Source: an uncultured Chlamydiae bacterium (GTDB lineage Bacteria; Chlamydiota; Chlamydiia; Chlamydiales; JAJFMB01). Taken from it: DNA of 64,000 bases. Below are positions 38,628 to 47,814 of the stretch, in pieces (the stretch's first letter is position 1; each line of letters begins with the position of its first letter). The DNA lies in NCBI GenBank assembly GCA_963697995.1, contig OY969110.1:63585-127584 (forward strand). The letters are read 5' to 3'. A program made the translations under genes and the position numbers. Under the pieces are notes generated by a model. The model saw only the letters and a list, made by a program, of their open reading frames with translations. It ran no database searches and was not told where the DNA came from.

Positions 38628-39836
38628 ATGGAAACGGTTCTATTACTTATTTTTACTCTTGTGTACCTTGGCATGGCTTTTGGAAACCTTCCGGGTTTAG
38701 TTCTTGACAGAACAGGAATTGCTTTACTTGGGGCTATTGGGGTCATTGTATTTAAACGACTCTCTTTAAATGAAGCTCTTCTTGGGATTGACATCTCATC
38801 GCTTGCGATTCTTTTTAGCTTTATGATCATCTCCTCTCAGCTCTACTTTAGCGGATTTTACTCAAGAGTTGCGACCTATTTAAGCGATACAAACCACTCG
38901 CCTAAGACTTTTCTTTTAAAAGTGATTTTCACCACAGGGCTACTCTCAGCACTTCTCATCAACGATATCGTCTGCCTTGCGATCACTCCCCTGATCATCC
39001 AAATCTGCCAAAGAAAAAGCTTCAACCCCGTTCCTTTTCTTATAGGGGTTGCTTGTAGTTCAAATATTGGATCTGCTCTCACACTGATTGGCAACCCGCA
39101 AAATATGTTGATTGGACAAGCGCTTCAAATTCCTTTTAGAACATACACTTATGCCGCGCTTATCCCCTCACTTTTGGGAGGATTGATCACTTTTGCAGTC
39201 ATCTGTTATAAAACCACATCGTGGTTTGATGACACCTTGAAAGAGACAAAAGTCGAGACCCCAAAATTTGACCGGTGGCAAACTCTTAAAGGATCTCTTA
39301 CGATTAGCCTTGTAATTCTCATGTTTCTTTTCTTTGAATGGCCAAGAGAGCATATCGCTCTTGTAGCTGCAGGATTTTTGCTTTTGAGCCGCCAAATGGC
39401 CTCTAAAATGATGTTAAGCCTTATCGATTGGGAGCTACTCGTCTTATTTTTAGGACTCTTTATCGTAAACCACCAGTTCAATCAAACCTCGTTCATGCCC
39501 TCTTTGCTTCACACTTTAGAAGAATACAAGATTAACCTCTCTTCCCCATTCTCCATTTTTTTTATTTCCTCACTCCTCTCAAATCTAATCTCCAATGTCC
39601 CCACGGTGATGCTTCTTCTTCCCTTCACCAAAACGGAAGAAACAGGCACTCTTCTAGCTCTTTCAAGCACTTTTGCAGGGAACATGTTTCTTGTGGGAAG
39701 CCTTGCCAATATTATCGTCGTGACGCAAGCCGCACGGTTTGGAATCAACATCTCGGGAAAACAACACTTCTCGTATGGGTTTCCCATTGCGATTGCAACA
39801 CTGATCTTAGCCTTTTTCTTAATCAGTTACCCTTGA
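38628..39836 (+). CDS. ArsB/NhaD-superfamily anion transporter
   Basis: LINDIVC; SNIGSALTLIGNPQN; ISNVP; GSLANII; ~11 TMs. Confidence 0.85.
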   Translation: METVLLLIFTLVYLGMAFGNLPGLVLDRTGIALLGAIGVIVFKRLSLNEALLGIDISSLAILFSFMIISSQLYFSGFYSRVATYLSDTNHSPKTFLLKVIFTTGLLSALLINDIVCLAITPLIIQICQRKSFNPVPFLIGVACSSNIGSALTLIGNPQNMLIGQALQIPFRTYTYAALIPSLLGGLITFAVICYKTTSWFDDTLKETKVETPKFDRWQTLKGSLTISLVILMFLFFEWPREHIALVAAGFLLLSRQMASKMMLSLIDWELLVLFLGLFIVNHQFNQTSFMPSLLHTLEEYKINLSSPFSIFFISSLLSNLISNVPTVMLLLPFTKTEETGTLLALSSTFAGNMFLVGSLANIIVVTQAARFGINISGKQHFSYGFPIAIATLILAFFLISYP

Positions 39837-40789
39837 TGTACTCTCTTATCAAGATCGCGAAGGGCCCCTTCAATCTCTTCCCTCTCGTGCCTCTTAAGTC
39901 TGTCGATAAAAAGAGTGCCTTGAAGATGGTCGTTTTCGTGCATAACAACCCGAGCTTCCCACCCACTCACGCGCTTCTCACATCTTAACCCCTCAATTGT
40001 CGTGTACTCCACCGTAATCTCCTTTGGTCTCTCCACAACCTGTCTGATCGTCGGAATCGATAAACACCCCTCGATTGCCTTCCAACTCTCAGAACTTGGG
40101 TCTGATAACTTAGGGTCGATAAACACCTGAACCTCTCCCAGCCCCACTCTTTCCCCCTCTTTTTCTAAAGGAGTTCTGAAGACAAACAATTTTTGATAGG
40201 AATGGACCTGAGGAGCGGCAAGTCCTAAAGCTGAAAAAGAATCCATCGTATCAATCATCATCGCCACAAGGGTCTTAACGTCATCAGTGATATCTTCCAC
40301 CGCCATTGCCTTTTGTCTTAAAAAAGGATCGTCATAATAAACTAAAGGGAGAAGATTTAAGCCGCCCGGTTTGACAAGCTGATGGTTCTCTCCCTGAGCC
40401 CACTCCCCATTGCGATAAAACCACTTCTCTCCTACCTTTTCAAAATAGCTTCTTTCAGTAAACGTCGCCTCTTGCCCCTCTTGAGTAAGAAAAGCTACAA
40501 AAGTGACACACCCAAATAATCCCCTCTCTTGAAAATCGAGAATTTTAAGCCCTGAAAACGAAGAGACTTTTGAAAATTGAGACAAACTTCTGGACCAACC
40601 AAACTTGTTTTGTGAATAACCAGGACTTGCAGGGTGAGTCGTTCCAATGATATAGTCAGGTTTATTCAAAACGTAGGCTGAATAGCGAGAGCGCATTAAC
40701 TCAAGAGGATTTTTCGGCAGTACATTTTTGTGAAACGGCTCGCAACAGGCGTTATACGCACGACCACTACAACAAGGACACTCCATCAA
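39827..40789 (-). CDS. def: YchJ (SEC-C + NTF2-like) domain fused to peptide deformylase
   Basis: N-terminal CPCCSG..Y..CC and LMRSRYSAY; C-terminal GLAAPQ, EGCLS, HENDH. Confidence 0.88.
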   Translation of the reverse strand: MMECPCCSGRAYNACCEPFHKNVLPKNPLELMRSRYSAYVLNKPDYIIGTTHPASPGYSQNKFGWSRSLSQFSKVSSFSGLKILDFQERGLFGCVTFVAFLTQEGQEATFTERSYFEKVGEKWFYRNGEWAQGENHQLVKPGGLNLLPLVYYDDPFLRQKAMAVEDITDDVKTLVAMMIDTMDSFSALGLAAPQVHSYQKLFVFRTPLEKEGERVGLGEVQVFIDPKLSDPSSESWKAIEGCLSIPTIRQVVERPKEITVEYTTIEGLRCEKRVSGWEARVVMHENDHLQGTLFIDRLKRHEREEIEGALRDLDKRVHQG

Positions 40790-41259
40790 TTCACCCCTAA
40801 AGATTCATGTTTAAGAAGAGCTTCTTTTCTAAAACAGCCCCCACCATACCCCCCGAGTTTATTCGTTGTCAAAATCACTCGGTGGCAAGGAACGATAATA
40901 CTTAAGACATTGGCTCCATTGGCCGAACCGATCGCTCGACAAGCCAAAGGATGACCACAAGCCTCAGCTTGCAGCTTATAACTCCTCACCTCACCATAAG
41001 GAATTTCTCTTAAAGCTTCCCAAGCTTTTTTTTGAAACGGCGTGCCTTGAAGAAAAATAGGTGTTTTAAAAACTTTTAACGTTTTCGCAAAATACTCTTC
41101 CAATTCTTTCTCAATCATCAAAAGAGGAGGAGTCTCTCCCTCTTCAACATCTTTAATTTTTGGTAATTTCCGATCTAAAAAATCAAGACAAAAAAGATGA
41201 GTCTCATCTGCCATGGCAACCATTGTCCCTAAAGGTGTTTTTAAAATCTTCTTTTTCAT
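40786..41259 (-). CDS. ogt: Methylated-DNA-protein-cysteine methyltransferase
   Basis: GTPFQ; IPYGE; VPCHRV active site. Confidence 0.92.
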   Translation of the reverse strand: MKKKILKTPLGTMVAMADETHLFCLDFLDRKLPKIKDVEEGETPPLLMIEKELEEYFAKTLKVFKTPIFLQGTPFQKKAWEALREIPYGEVRSYKLQAEACGHPLACRAIGSANGANVLSIIVPCHRVILTTNKLGGYGGGCFRKEALLKHESLGVN

Positions 41260-41326
41260 GAGGTTAAGATCATATAATAAAATGAAGTTTCTTGACAAGG
41301 CCTCCTCTTCTTGCTATTTTGGAGAC

Positions 41327-41590
41327 ATGAATTGCTGGAAATGTCAAAAAACGATCGAAGGCAAGATCTCATTTCGCACGATTTGCGAGGGGTGTGGCAC
41401 CGATTTACACTGCTGCAAAGGGTGTGTCTTTTATCAAGTGGGGCTTCCAAACGATTGCAGAGTTCCAAACACCGAATTTATTTCCGATAGAGAGAAAAAC
41501 AACTTTTGCGAAGAGTTTAAAGGGGGAGATTTTGTGGCTCCTAAAAAAATAAACACAGATGATGTCGCAAAAAAACTATTTAAAGACTAA
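41327..41590 (+). CDS. Small Cys-rich putative metal-binding protein
   Basis: MNCWKC...CEGCG.DLHCCKGCVFY...C...NNFC; TTGACA-17-TATTTT promoter-like sequence just upstream. Confidence 0.75.
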   Translation: MNCWKCQKTIEGKISFRTICEGCGTDLHCCKGCVFYQVGLPNDCRVPNTEFISDREKNNFCEEFKGGDFVAPKKINTDDVAKKLFKD

Positions 41591-41593
41591 ACG

Positions 41594-42382
41594 ATGAGCA
41601 TCCACTCAATTTCAAGTACAGCCGAATTAAAAAACTGCTACTCGATTGCAAAAAATCACTTCCATACCTCTAACCCCCTGCTAAACAAAGAGAGTGAACT
41701 TAAAACAATAGAGGCCGCCAAACATTTTTTCAAAAAACTCTATGAGATCCTAAGTGATGAGAATCGTTACCCTTTTATCAACTGCAATAAATGTCTTGGA
41801 ATGGTGGTTGTTCCTCAAACAAACCTCGTTTTGATCTCTGTTTCAGAGGATAGAAACCCTAACTTAGACGATGAACGGCGAAAAAACTTTTTAAAACTCA
41901 TCATCCAAGTGAATGAATTGACCAACCAATGGAAGTATGAGCTTGTTTACCGCCCCAATTTGTCAGAGTATTTAATGCTTCGGGCTCTCACGTTAGCTCA
42001 ATACGACATCTCAGTAGACCAACTGCCAAAGGCGAGGACCCGATGTGCTGAAGTGGCCCTGGCTTTTGCCCTATTTAAGGTGGGGCGGTTTAAAAGTTTC
42101 TCGAAAAGCTCTATAGGGATCGTCACTTTTGGAGCCACTCTTTGGAGCTCAAAAGAAGGGGATAGTGCCATAAACTATTTTAGTGAAAAAAAACGAAACA
42201 GAAAGTACACCCTTACCGACCCGATCGAAGTGCCACTAAAAGAGGGTGGAATTGGTTGGATTGACAGGTGGAGCCCATGCAAAGAGCACTGCCTACCTTA
42301 TATGGACGCGATGCTTACCATAGCCACATCGGGAAAGCCAGGAATCAGCCTAAAGACACCGAGAAGCGAGTCATCCTTTTAA
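41594..42382 (+). CDS. Hypothetical protein with deaminase-like Zn motifs
   Basis: RCAEVALA and SPCKEHC. Confidence 0.6.
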   Translation: MSIHSISSTAELKNCYSIAKNHFHTSNPLLNKESELKTIEAAKHFFKKLYEILSDENRYPFINCNKCLGMVVVPQTNLVLISVSEDRNPNLDDERRKNFLKLIIQVNELTNQWKYELVYRPNLSEYLMLRALTLAQYDISVDQLPKARTRCAEVALAFALFKVGRFKSFSKSSIGIVTFGATLWSSKEGDSAINYFSEKKRNRKYTLTDPIEVPLKEGGIGWIDRWSPCKEHCLPYMDAMLTIATSGKPGISLKTPRSESSF

Positions 42383-42535
42383 TTTCGCAATACTTTTTTA
42401 ACGTCAGCTGGAAGTAACCTCTTTCTACGTTCATCAAGCTCCATATAACCCAAAGCACGCCTTAGAAACGCTTCGGAGTCACTTGTGTCGTTAAGTGGTA
42501 ATTCGCCTTCGGCTTCTAGGCTCCTTAGTTTTAGA

Positions 42536-42815
42536 TAGTCGGCCCTGAAAAAGTAAGGGTTCCTTGAGAAAAATTTGCAGTTAACGAGGAAGAGAGACAT
42601 AGCCTATTTTGCAAGGTTTATTTATATGGCAATTAGAAAAGCTCTAAAATTTCGCGAATGGAACACGCACTCTCCAAAGAAAAAGTGATCCTTTTGCAAC
42701 AAAAAAAGCGGTGAACGACGATCCAAACCCCCTTGAGGGGTTTGGTGAGGAGTAAAACGCATTTTTTGTCAAAAGGAGCGGTTTTTATTCGAGAGGACTT
42801 TTTCAGGGCCGACTA
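42536..42815. mobile_element. MITE-like element, family A, copy 2 (280 bp)
   Basis: Perfect 19-bp TIR TAGTCGGCCCTGAAAAAGT; body homologous to 8934-9136 plus ~77 bp extra. Confidence 0.85.
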
Positions 42816-42895
42816 AATATGGTGGAAAAAATTCCCGAAAAAAATAGCAAATTTATCGATTGAATGGAATTTCGAAAGAGATCTAATATCCCAAG

Positions 42896-44059
42896 TTATC
42901 TTTTAAGACTTAATAAAAAAGGGATGGCAGCCCACTGGGCTAGAAGGGAGCAAGCAATCAAGCCAGGTCTTGAAATATCGTATAAATAACCCGTAAGAGC
43001 GCTTCCTAAAAACCAAAACAAGCCAAAGAACATGTTAAGTGTGCCATACCCTGTTGCTCTCTTCCCAACAGAACACACTTCTGCAACAAAAGCTTTGATA
43101 ATCGTCTCTTGCGAGCCTATTCCCACCCCCCACAAAATCATCCCCAAAAGAGCTGAATAAAACCCTTCTAAAAAGACTAAGGGAACGAAAAATGAGGCGA
43201 TAAGGGTCGTGAAACTTAAAATCACAATCCCAAAAGTGTCGTAAAGTTTACCAAAAATAAGGGAAGAAACGCCTGCCACTCCCATTGAGATCGAAAATAA
43301 TAAAGGGATCCAAACAGCAGGCATCACAGATTCTTTTTCAAAATGGTAAGCGACTAAGGAAAAATCGATAAAACCAAATGCTACCAAAGAAACTCCAAAA
43401 CAGAGGTGCCAAAAATTGCTTGATAAATTCTTTGTCGTAAAGTGAGGAGTTTTAGATTCAAGCTCTTCGGGCTTTGGGTAGAGAAAAAAAGCTGCTAACA
43501 GAACCAAAAGAGCTAAAAGAGCCGGAATTAGCAAAAGGGCAAACCCCTCTTTGTAGCTTCCCTTAAAATAAAGCACGACACTGACGATCAAAGGGCCTAA
43601 TATTGCCCCCGTTTGATCCATCGCCTCGTGAAGTCCAAATCCAAACCCCCGCCCCATCTTTTTTGTCGCAAAAGAGAGCATGGCATCCTTGGCAGGACTT
43701 CTGATCGCTTTACCAAACCTCTCCAAAAGAATAAGGCCTGCCGCAACCTGCCAATTTCCTGCAAGAGCCAATAATGGAACGGCTAAAAGATTTAAGGCGT
43801 ACCCAAAAAAAGTAATGGCCCAGTATTTTCTCGTCGTATCAGCTAAGTATCCTGAAACCATTCTAAAGCTGTATCCAATAAATTCCCCAAAACCTGCTAC
43901 AAAACCAACAAGAGCCCCACTTGCTCCAAAATAAGCCAAATAGGGTCCCGTAATACTGCGGGCCCCCTCATACGTCATATCGGCAAAAAGACTCACAAAT
44001 CCCAAAAGCACAACAAACAGCATCGCACTTTTTTTCGATATCTGATCCATTAAAAACAC
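42896..44059 (-). CDS. MFS transporter
   Basis: ~12 TMs; SGYLADTTRK and FGKLYDTFG loop motifs. Confidence 0.9.
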   Translation of the reverse strand: MFLMDQISKKSAMLFVVLLGFVSLFADMTYEGARSITGPYLAYFGASGALVGFVAGFGEFIGYSFRMVSGYLADTTRKYWAITFFGYALNLLAVPLLALAGNWQVAAGLILLERFGKAIRSPAKDAMLSFATKKMGRGFGFGLHEAMDQTGAILGPLIVSVVLYFKGSYKEGFALLLIPALLALLVLLAAFFLYPKPEELESKTPHFTTKNLSSNFWHLCFGVSLVAFGFIDFSLVAYHFEKESVMPAVWIPLLFSISMGVAGVSSLIFGKLYDTFGIVILSFTTLIASFFVPLVFLEGFYSALLGMILWGVGIGSQETIIKAFVAEVCSVGKRATGYGTLNMFFGLFWFLGSALTGYLYDISRPGLIACSLLAQWAAIPFLLSLKR

Positions 44060-44113
44060 CTGTTATCCATTTCTATAGATAACATCGAACAAAAATGATA
44101 TGAAAAAGATACC

Positions 44114-44782
44114 ATGAGAATAGAAGTTATCGAGACCGAAGAGGAGTTTTCATTTGAAAGAGATGAAATGCTCATTTTTGTAAGAAAAGAGAAAAACTTT
44201 AGAGTTCATCCTCTCCTCCCTTATCAGCTACAAGGGTTGTTTGTCCTTCTTCACCTCTTTGCTGTTACTCTCAAAAAAACGTCATTTCCCTTAGATGACC
44301 TCTCCCTTTACTCTTTAGAAGGCAAATGCATCGACTTGATTCATGAAGTTACGGAAGTGTCTCTCCTCAGCCTTGAAAATGTAGTCTCATTACTTGAAGA
44401 GATCGTCGCTACCATTGACAAAACAGAAAAAGAGCACCCCTCAAAGGCCCTCCTGAAAATTGAAACCTTAACCCTTCTTCACTTGATCGATGAGATCAAA
44501 CACACAAGCTCCCTACAAGCCTTTCTGTGGACCGCATTCTACCTCTCTTTCTTTGAACCTATCATCAAAAACCCCTTCTTTTCCCACGTAAGAGAGTGGC
44601 GAAAAACCCTTTTGGACAAGGAAGCCTATGGAAGAATTTTAGCCTTTTCCCAAGATGAAGAGGTGTTACTAAGAAAAAAGAAGGAACTAGACGAAAGGGA
44701 GTTTTACTTTTTTCTCAATGCTACAGAAGAGGGAAAAGCTCTAAAACCGCACCTCTCCCTCATCTCTTCCCTGACATTTTAA
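44114..44782 (+). CDS. Hypothetical protein
   Basis: 222-codon ORF filling the interval; no recognised motif. Confidence 0.65.
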   Translation: MRIEVIETEEEFSFERDEMLIFVRKEKNFRVHPLLPYQLQGLFVLLHLFAVTLKKTSFPLDDLSLYSLEGKCIDLIHEVTEVSLLSLENVVSLLEEIVATIDKTEKEHPSKALLKIETLTLLHLIDEIKHTSSLQAFLWTAFYLSFFEPIIKNPFFSHVREWRKTLLDKEAYGRILAFSQDEEVLLRKKKELDEREFYFFLNATEEGKALKPHLSLISSLTF

Positions 44783-44806
44783 TATTTAGTAAAATAATTT
44801 AATAAC

Positions 44807-44977
44807 CTAGTACAGTTGAACAAAAGTTTTTACTGAAAATTTTAATTTGAAAGCTCCCGCGGTTCGTGTATCGAAAATGGGGCTAGTATGGAGTTAATAC
44901 AACCCCATTTTCGATCCGCGAACCCCGGGGCTTTGAAATCGAAATTTAAGCTAAAAACTTTTGTTCAACTGTACTAG
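44807..44977. mobile_element. MITE-like element, family B, copy 1 (171 bp, whole-length hairpin)
   Basis: TIR CTAGTACAGTTGAACAAAAGTTTTTA; inner stem ATCGAAAATGGGG/CCCCATTTTCGAT; CTAG at both ends. Confidence 0.9.
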
Positions 44978-46088
44978 AAATGCCTTCTAGCAAAACCTCT
45001 TCTCGCCTTGCAAAGCAAAATCTGATCGAGGACAAAATTTCAGGGGTCTTACCAAAATCTTTTCCCGGAACAAGAGCAACTTTTACTTTCTCTAAAATAT
45101 CCATAACAAGCTTTTCACTATCCCTCTCTTGAGTCTTGATAAAGAAAAAAATCCCCGCCTGAGGCTTAATCAATGAAAAAATACCCCTTTCGATCAAAGG
45201 GGAAAGATGGAGAAAAGCCAAATCCCTATTTCGTCTTACCACTTGAGTCTGCTCTTCGATCAAATAGTGATTCTCCAAGGCAAAAAGAGCTGCTTGTTGA
45301 CCGATAACACTGGGACAACAAAGGGTGCCATCCTGTATGGCTATCACGTTTGAAATAAGAGCTGCTTGAGCCACGACGTAACCGACCCTCCATCCACTCA
45401 TCGCAAAATCTTTAGAAAACGAACCCACTCTTATCACAAATTGAGATTCATTGACATAAGGGGTAAATGAGGTAAAACACCCCTCATAAATATAATTGTC
45501 GTAAACCTCATCCGATATAAGATAGATCCCAAATCTTACGCACCACTCTTTTAGAGCTAAAACCTCCGCTTGACTTAAACAGACCCCTGTAGGATTTGAA
45601 GGGTTCGACAAAATAAGCATCTTCGTTTTCTCCCCTCTTGCCGCCATAATTTTCTCAAGGAATACTTCTCTTGCGTGGCTATACCCCTCCACAAAAACAG
45701 GGGTAGCTTCTGAAAAAAGGACGATATTGCGGTAGCTTGGATAAAAGGGCGTTGGAATAATCACCTCATCGCCTGCCTTTAAAAGGGTCAAACAAAGCGC
45801 AGTTATTCCTCCAATAGAGCCGTGAGAGATCATCACCTGCTCAGGTTTTATGAAACTATTGTGGGTGTGAGACAACTTTTCAGCAATTTTTGTCCGGAGC
45901 GGATAAATACCACCCACATACTGGTAATAGTCTAAACTATCCCCCTCTAACTTTTTCTGAATATGCTCCTTAATTAAAGGAGGGGTTCCGGAAATTTTAA
46001 CAGTCCCTTGAGAGAAGGAAATATAATCGGGACTACTGCTCGAAATCGATTCAATCGTTTTGTACTTGGGTAAATCAAGTTTTAACAT
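44946..46088 (-). CDS. Class I/II PLP-dependent aminotransferase (C-terminus supplied by the MITE)
   Basis: NPSNPTG; SDEVY; SFSKDFAMSGWRVG. Confidence 0.92.
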   Translation of the reverse strand: MLKLDLPKYKTIESISSSSPDYISFSQGTVKISGTPPLIKEHIQKKLEGDSLDYYQYVGGIYPLRTKIAEKLSHTHNSFIKPEQVMISHGSIGGITALCLTLLKAGDEVIIPTPFYPSYRNIVLFSEATPVFVEGYSHAREVFLEKIMAARGEKTKMLILSNPSNPTGVCLSQAEVLALKEWCVRFGIYLISDEVYDNYIYEGCFTSFTPYVNESQFVIRVGSFSKDFAMSGWRVGYVVAQAALISNVIAIQDGTLCCPSVIGQQAALFALENHYLIEEQTQVVRRNRDLAFLHLSPLIERGIFSLIKPQAGIFFFIKTQERDSEKLVMDILEKVKVALVPGKDFGKTPEILSSIRFCFARREEVLLEGISSTVEQKFLA

Positions 46089-46144
46089 GAGGGCACCTCT
46101 ATTTTTTTTAATTTTTTAAATGGAAAATCGAAAATGGAAAAAAA

Positions 46145-46234
46145 TTATAGAGTAGCCCCAAGGGCTGCTGCGAATGAGAAAGAAACAAGCGTGTTTTTCT
46201 TGCTTAAATTGAAGTTTATAAGATTGTGCTTCAT
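46145..46234 (-). other. Putative leaderless 29-codon uORF upstream of the aminotransferase
   Basis: MKHNLINFNLSKKNTLVSFSFAAALGATL*; ATG 7 nt after TTGTTT-17-TAAAGT; GC hairpin at its 3' end. Confidence 0.35.
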
Positions 46235-46278
46235 AAGCCCACTTTAACACATGTTGCTTTTTTAAACAACTGATGACT

Positions 46279-47253
46279 TTAAGAGAAACGCCCTTTTAAT
46301 TCTTCTACAGTCTCTTTTAATGCTGTATAATGAGCGCAAAAGGTCCAAACATCTGGATCAACACTCCTTCTCATCGCTTGAGCCTCATTGGATTTACGCT
46401 GATCTAAAGGTATTTTCTGAAATTCTTGGTAGACAGCAAACTCTTGAGTTGGTGGTTTTAATAACTCAAGTTGCTGCTCCAATCTGACCACTTGAACTAA
46501 ACTTAAACTCCCCTTTTTAGCAGCATCGTTATAGATTTCCATCATTTTACCCATGACCAACTTTGGGCTATCTTCAGAGGGGCGCGCGCCCCGATGACTT
46601 GCCGTCATAGAAACTTCTTCTTTATTAAGATTGTTATTAACTGAAGATAATTGACCCATAAAGTGTTTTTGATCGGCATCATCAAAATCAACTTTATTTA
46701 TGTCCTCAATTTTTTGAATAAATACATTCACCCTTTTGAGTTCAATTGAGTCATGCTTTAATTTATCGACAAGTGACATCATATTAAGATAGAGACTTCG
46801 AGTTCCTTCGTTTGACCCAATTTCAACATCTTTTATTTGCTGAATAACAAGGTCTAGTAACTCTATTTGAGTTGGATTCAACCGACTTCTATCTATCTCC
46901 AACAGTTCCTTCAAAGCAGCTGTTGGAATAAAAACAGTACGCTCTAAATTTTGCCTCAAAACATCTGTGGAGTTCGCTATCTGTTGCAAACGTTGACTAT
47001 TTACGCTTCCAACTGAAACCAGTGCATGATTCTCTAAAATATTTCTTCTTATATCTTTAAGTTCATTCAACTGCTCTCCCATTTTTTGCAAATAGAGATC
47101 TCGATTAGGAGACGCATCAATTTTTGTCGCAACAAAAGTTTTAAAATCATTAGTCCACCCGGTTACAGCCTCCTTAGCACTAGTCACTAATTTTTCGTCT
47201 CTTGAAGTAATCACTTGATCTTCCTTATTACCAGAAACTCCCCCAGCATCCAT
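46279..47253 (-). CDS. Hypothetical helical/coiled-coil protein (possible effector)
   Basis: 324-codon ORF with purine-rich RBS; heptad-like patterns. Confidence 0.7.
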   Translation of the reverse strand: MDAGGVSGNKEDQVITSRDEKLVTSAKEAVTGWTNDFKTFVATKIDASPNRDLYLQKMGEQLNELKDIRRNILENHALVSVGSVNSQRLQQIANSTDVLRQNLERTVFIPTAALKELLEIDRSRLNPTQIELLDLVIQQIKDVEIGSNEGTRSLYLNMMSLVDKLKHDSIELKRVNVFIQKIEDINKVDFDDADQKHFMGQLSSVNNNLNKEEVSMTASHRGARPSEDSPKLVMGKMMEIYNDAAKKGSLSLVQVVRLEQQLELLKPPTQEFAVYQEFQKIPLDQRKSNEAQAMRRSVDPDVWTFCAHYTALKETVEELKGRFS

Positions 47254-47372
47254 CCTTTCCCCCTTAAAGATTTCTCTTAAACTAACTCCTATTATAATTT
47301 ATTTTTTAAATATTGTAAAATAATCAGTTTTTTGCTAAAATTAATTAAAACTAAACAAATGGAGAGTTTATC

Positions 47373-47585
47373 ATGGATTGTTCCGCCACTAAACGCACAG
47401 CTTCCCCAGCAGAAACTTGGAATCAAAATAGCTCTCCAGCTAAGCACCATTCAACCGATTTGTGTCAAAAAGCATGGAAAAGAACAAAACAAGAGCCTCA
47501 AGAAGAGTTCCATGTACCGATTGAAATTCAACAAAGAACGTTTAAATTGCTCGATGCGTTCCAAAAAGATATAAACTCTATTTAG
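47373..47585 (+). CDS. Small hypothetical protein
   Basis: GGAG RBS at 47361; Ser/Thr/Pro-rich N-terminus. Confidence 0.4.
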   Translation: MDCSATKRTASPAETWNQNSSPAKHHSTDLCQKAWKRTKQEPQEEFHVPIEIQQRTFKLLDAFQKDINSI

Positions 47586-47598
47586 CCATCTCTTCGAA

Positions 47599-47767
47599 CT
47601 AGTACAGTTGAACAAAAGTTTTTAGCTTAAATTTCGATTTCAAAGCCCCGGGGTTCGCGGATCGAAAATGGGGTTGTATTAACTCCATACTAGCCCCATT
47701 TTCGATACACGAACCCGAAGCTTTCAAATTAAAATTTTCAGTAAAAACATTTTTTCAACTGTACTAG
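47599..47767. mobile_element. MITE-like element, family B, copy 2 (opposite orientation to copy 1)
   Basis: Same TIR and body as the reverse complement of 44807-44977; CTAG at both ends. Confidence 0.9.
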
Positions 47768-47814
47768 TACCCCAGCTTAAAACTTTTGAGCGTAAATTTT
47801 AATTCTGGCAACTA
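47764..47814. repeat. Degenerate mini-palindrome, family C
   Basis: CTAGTACCCCAGCTTAAAA...TTTTAATTCTGGCAACTA, similar to 52246-52296. Confidence 0.6.
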
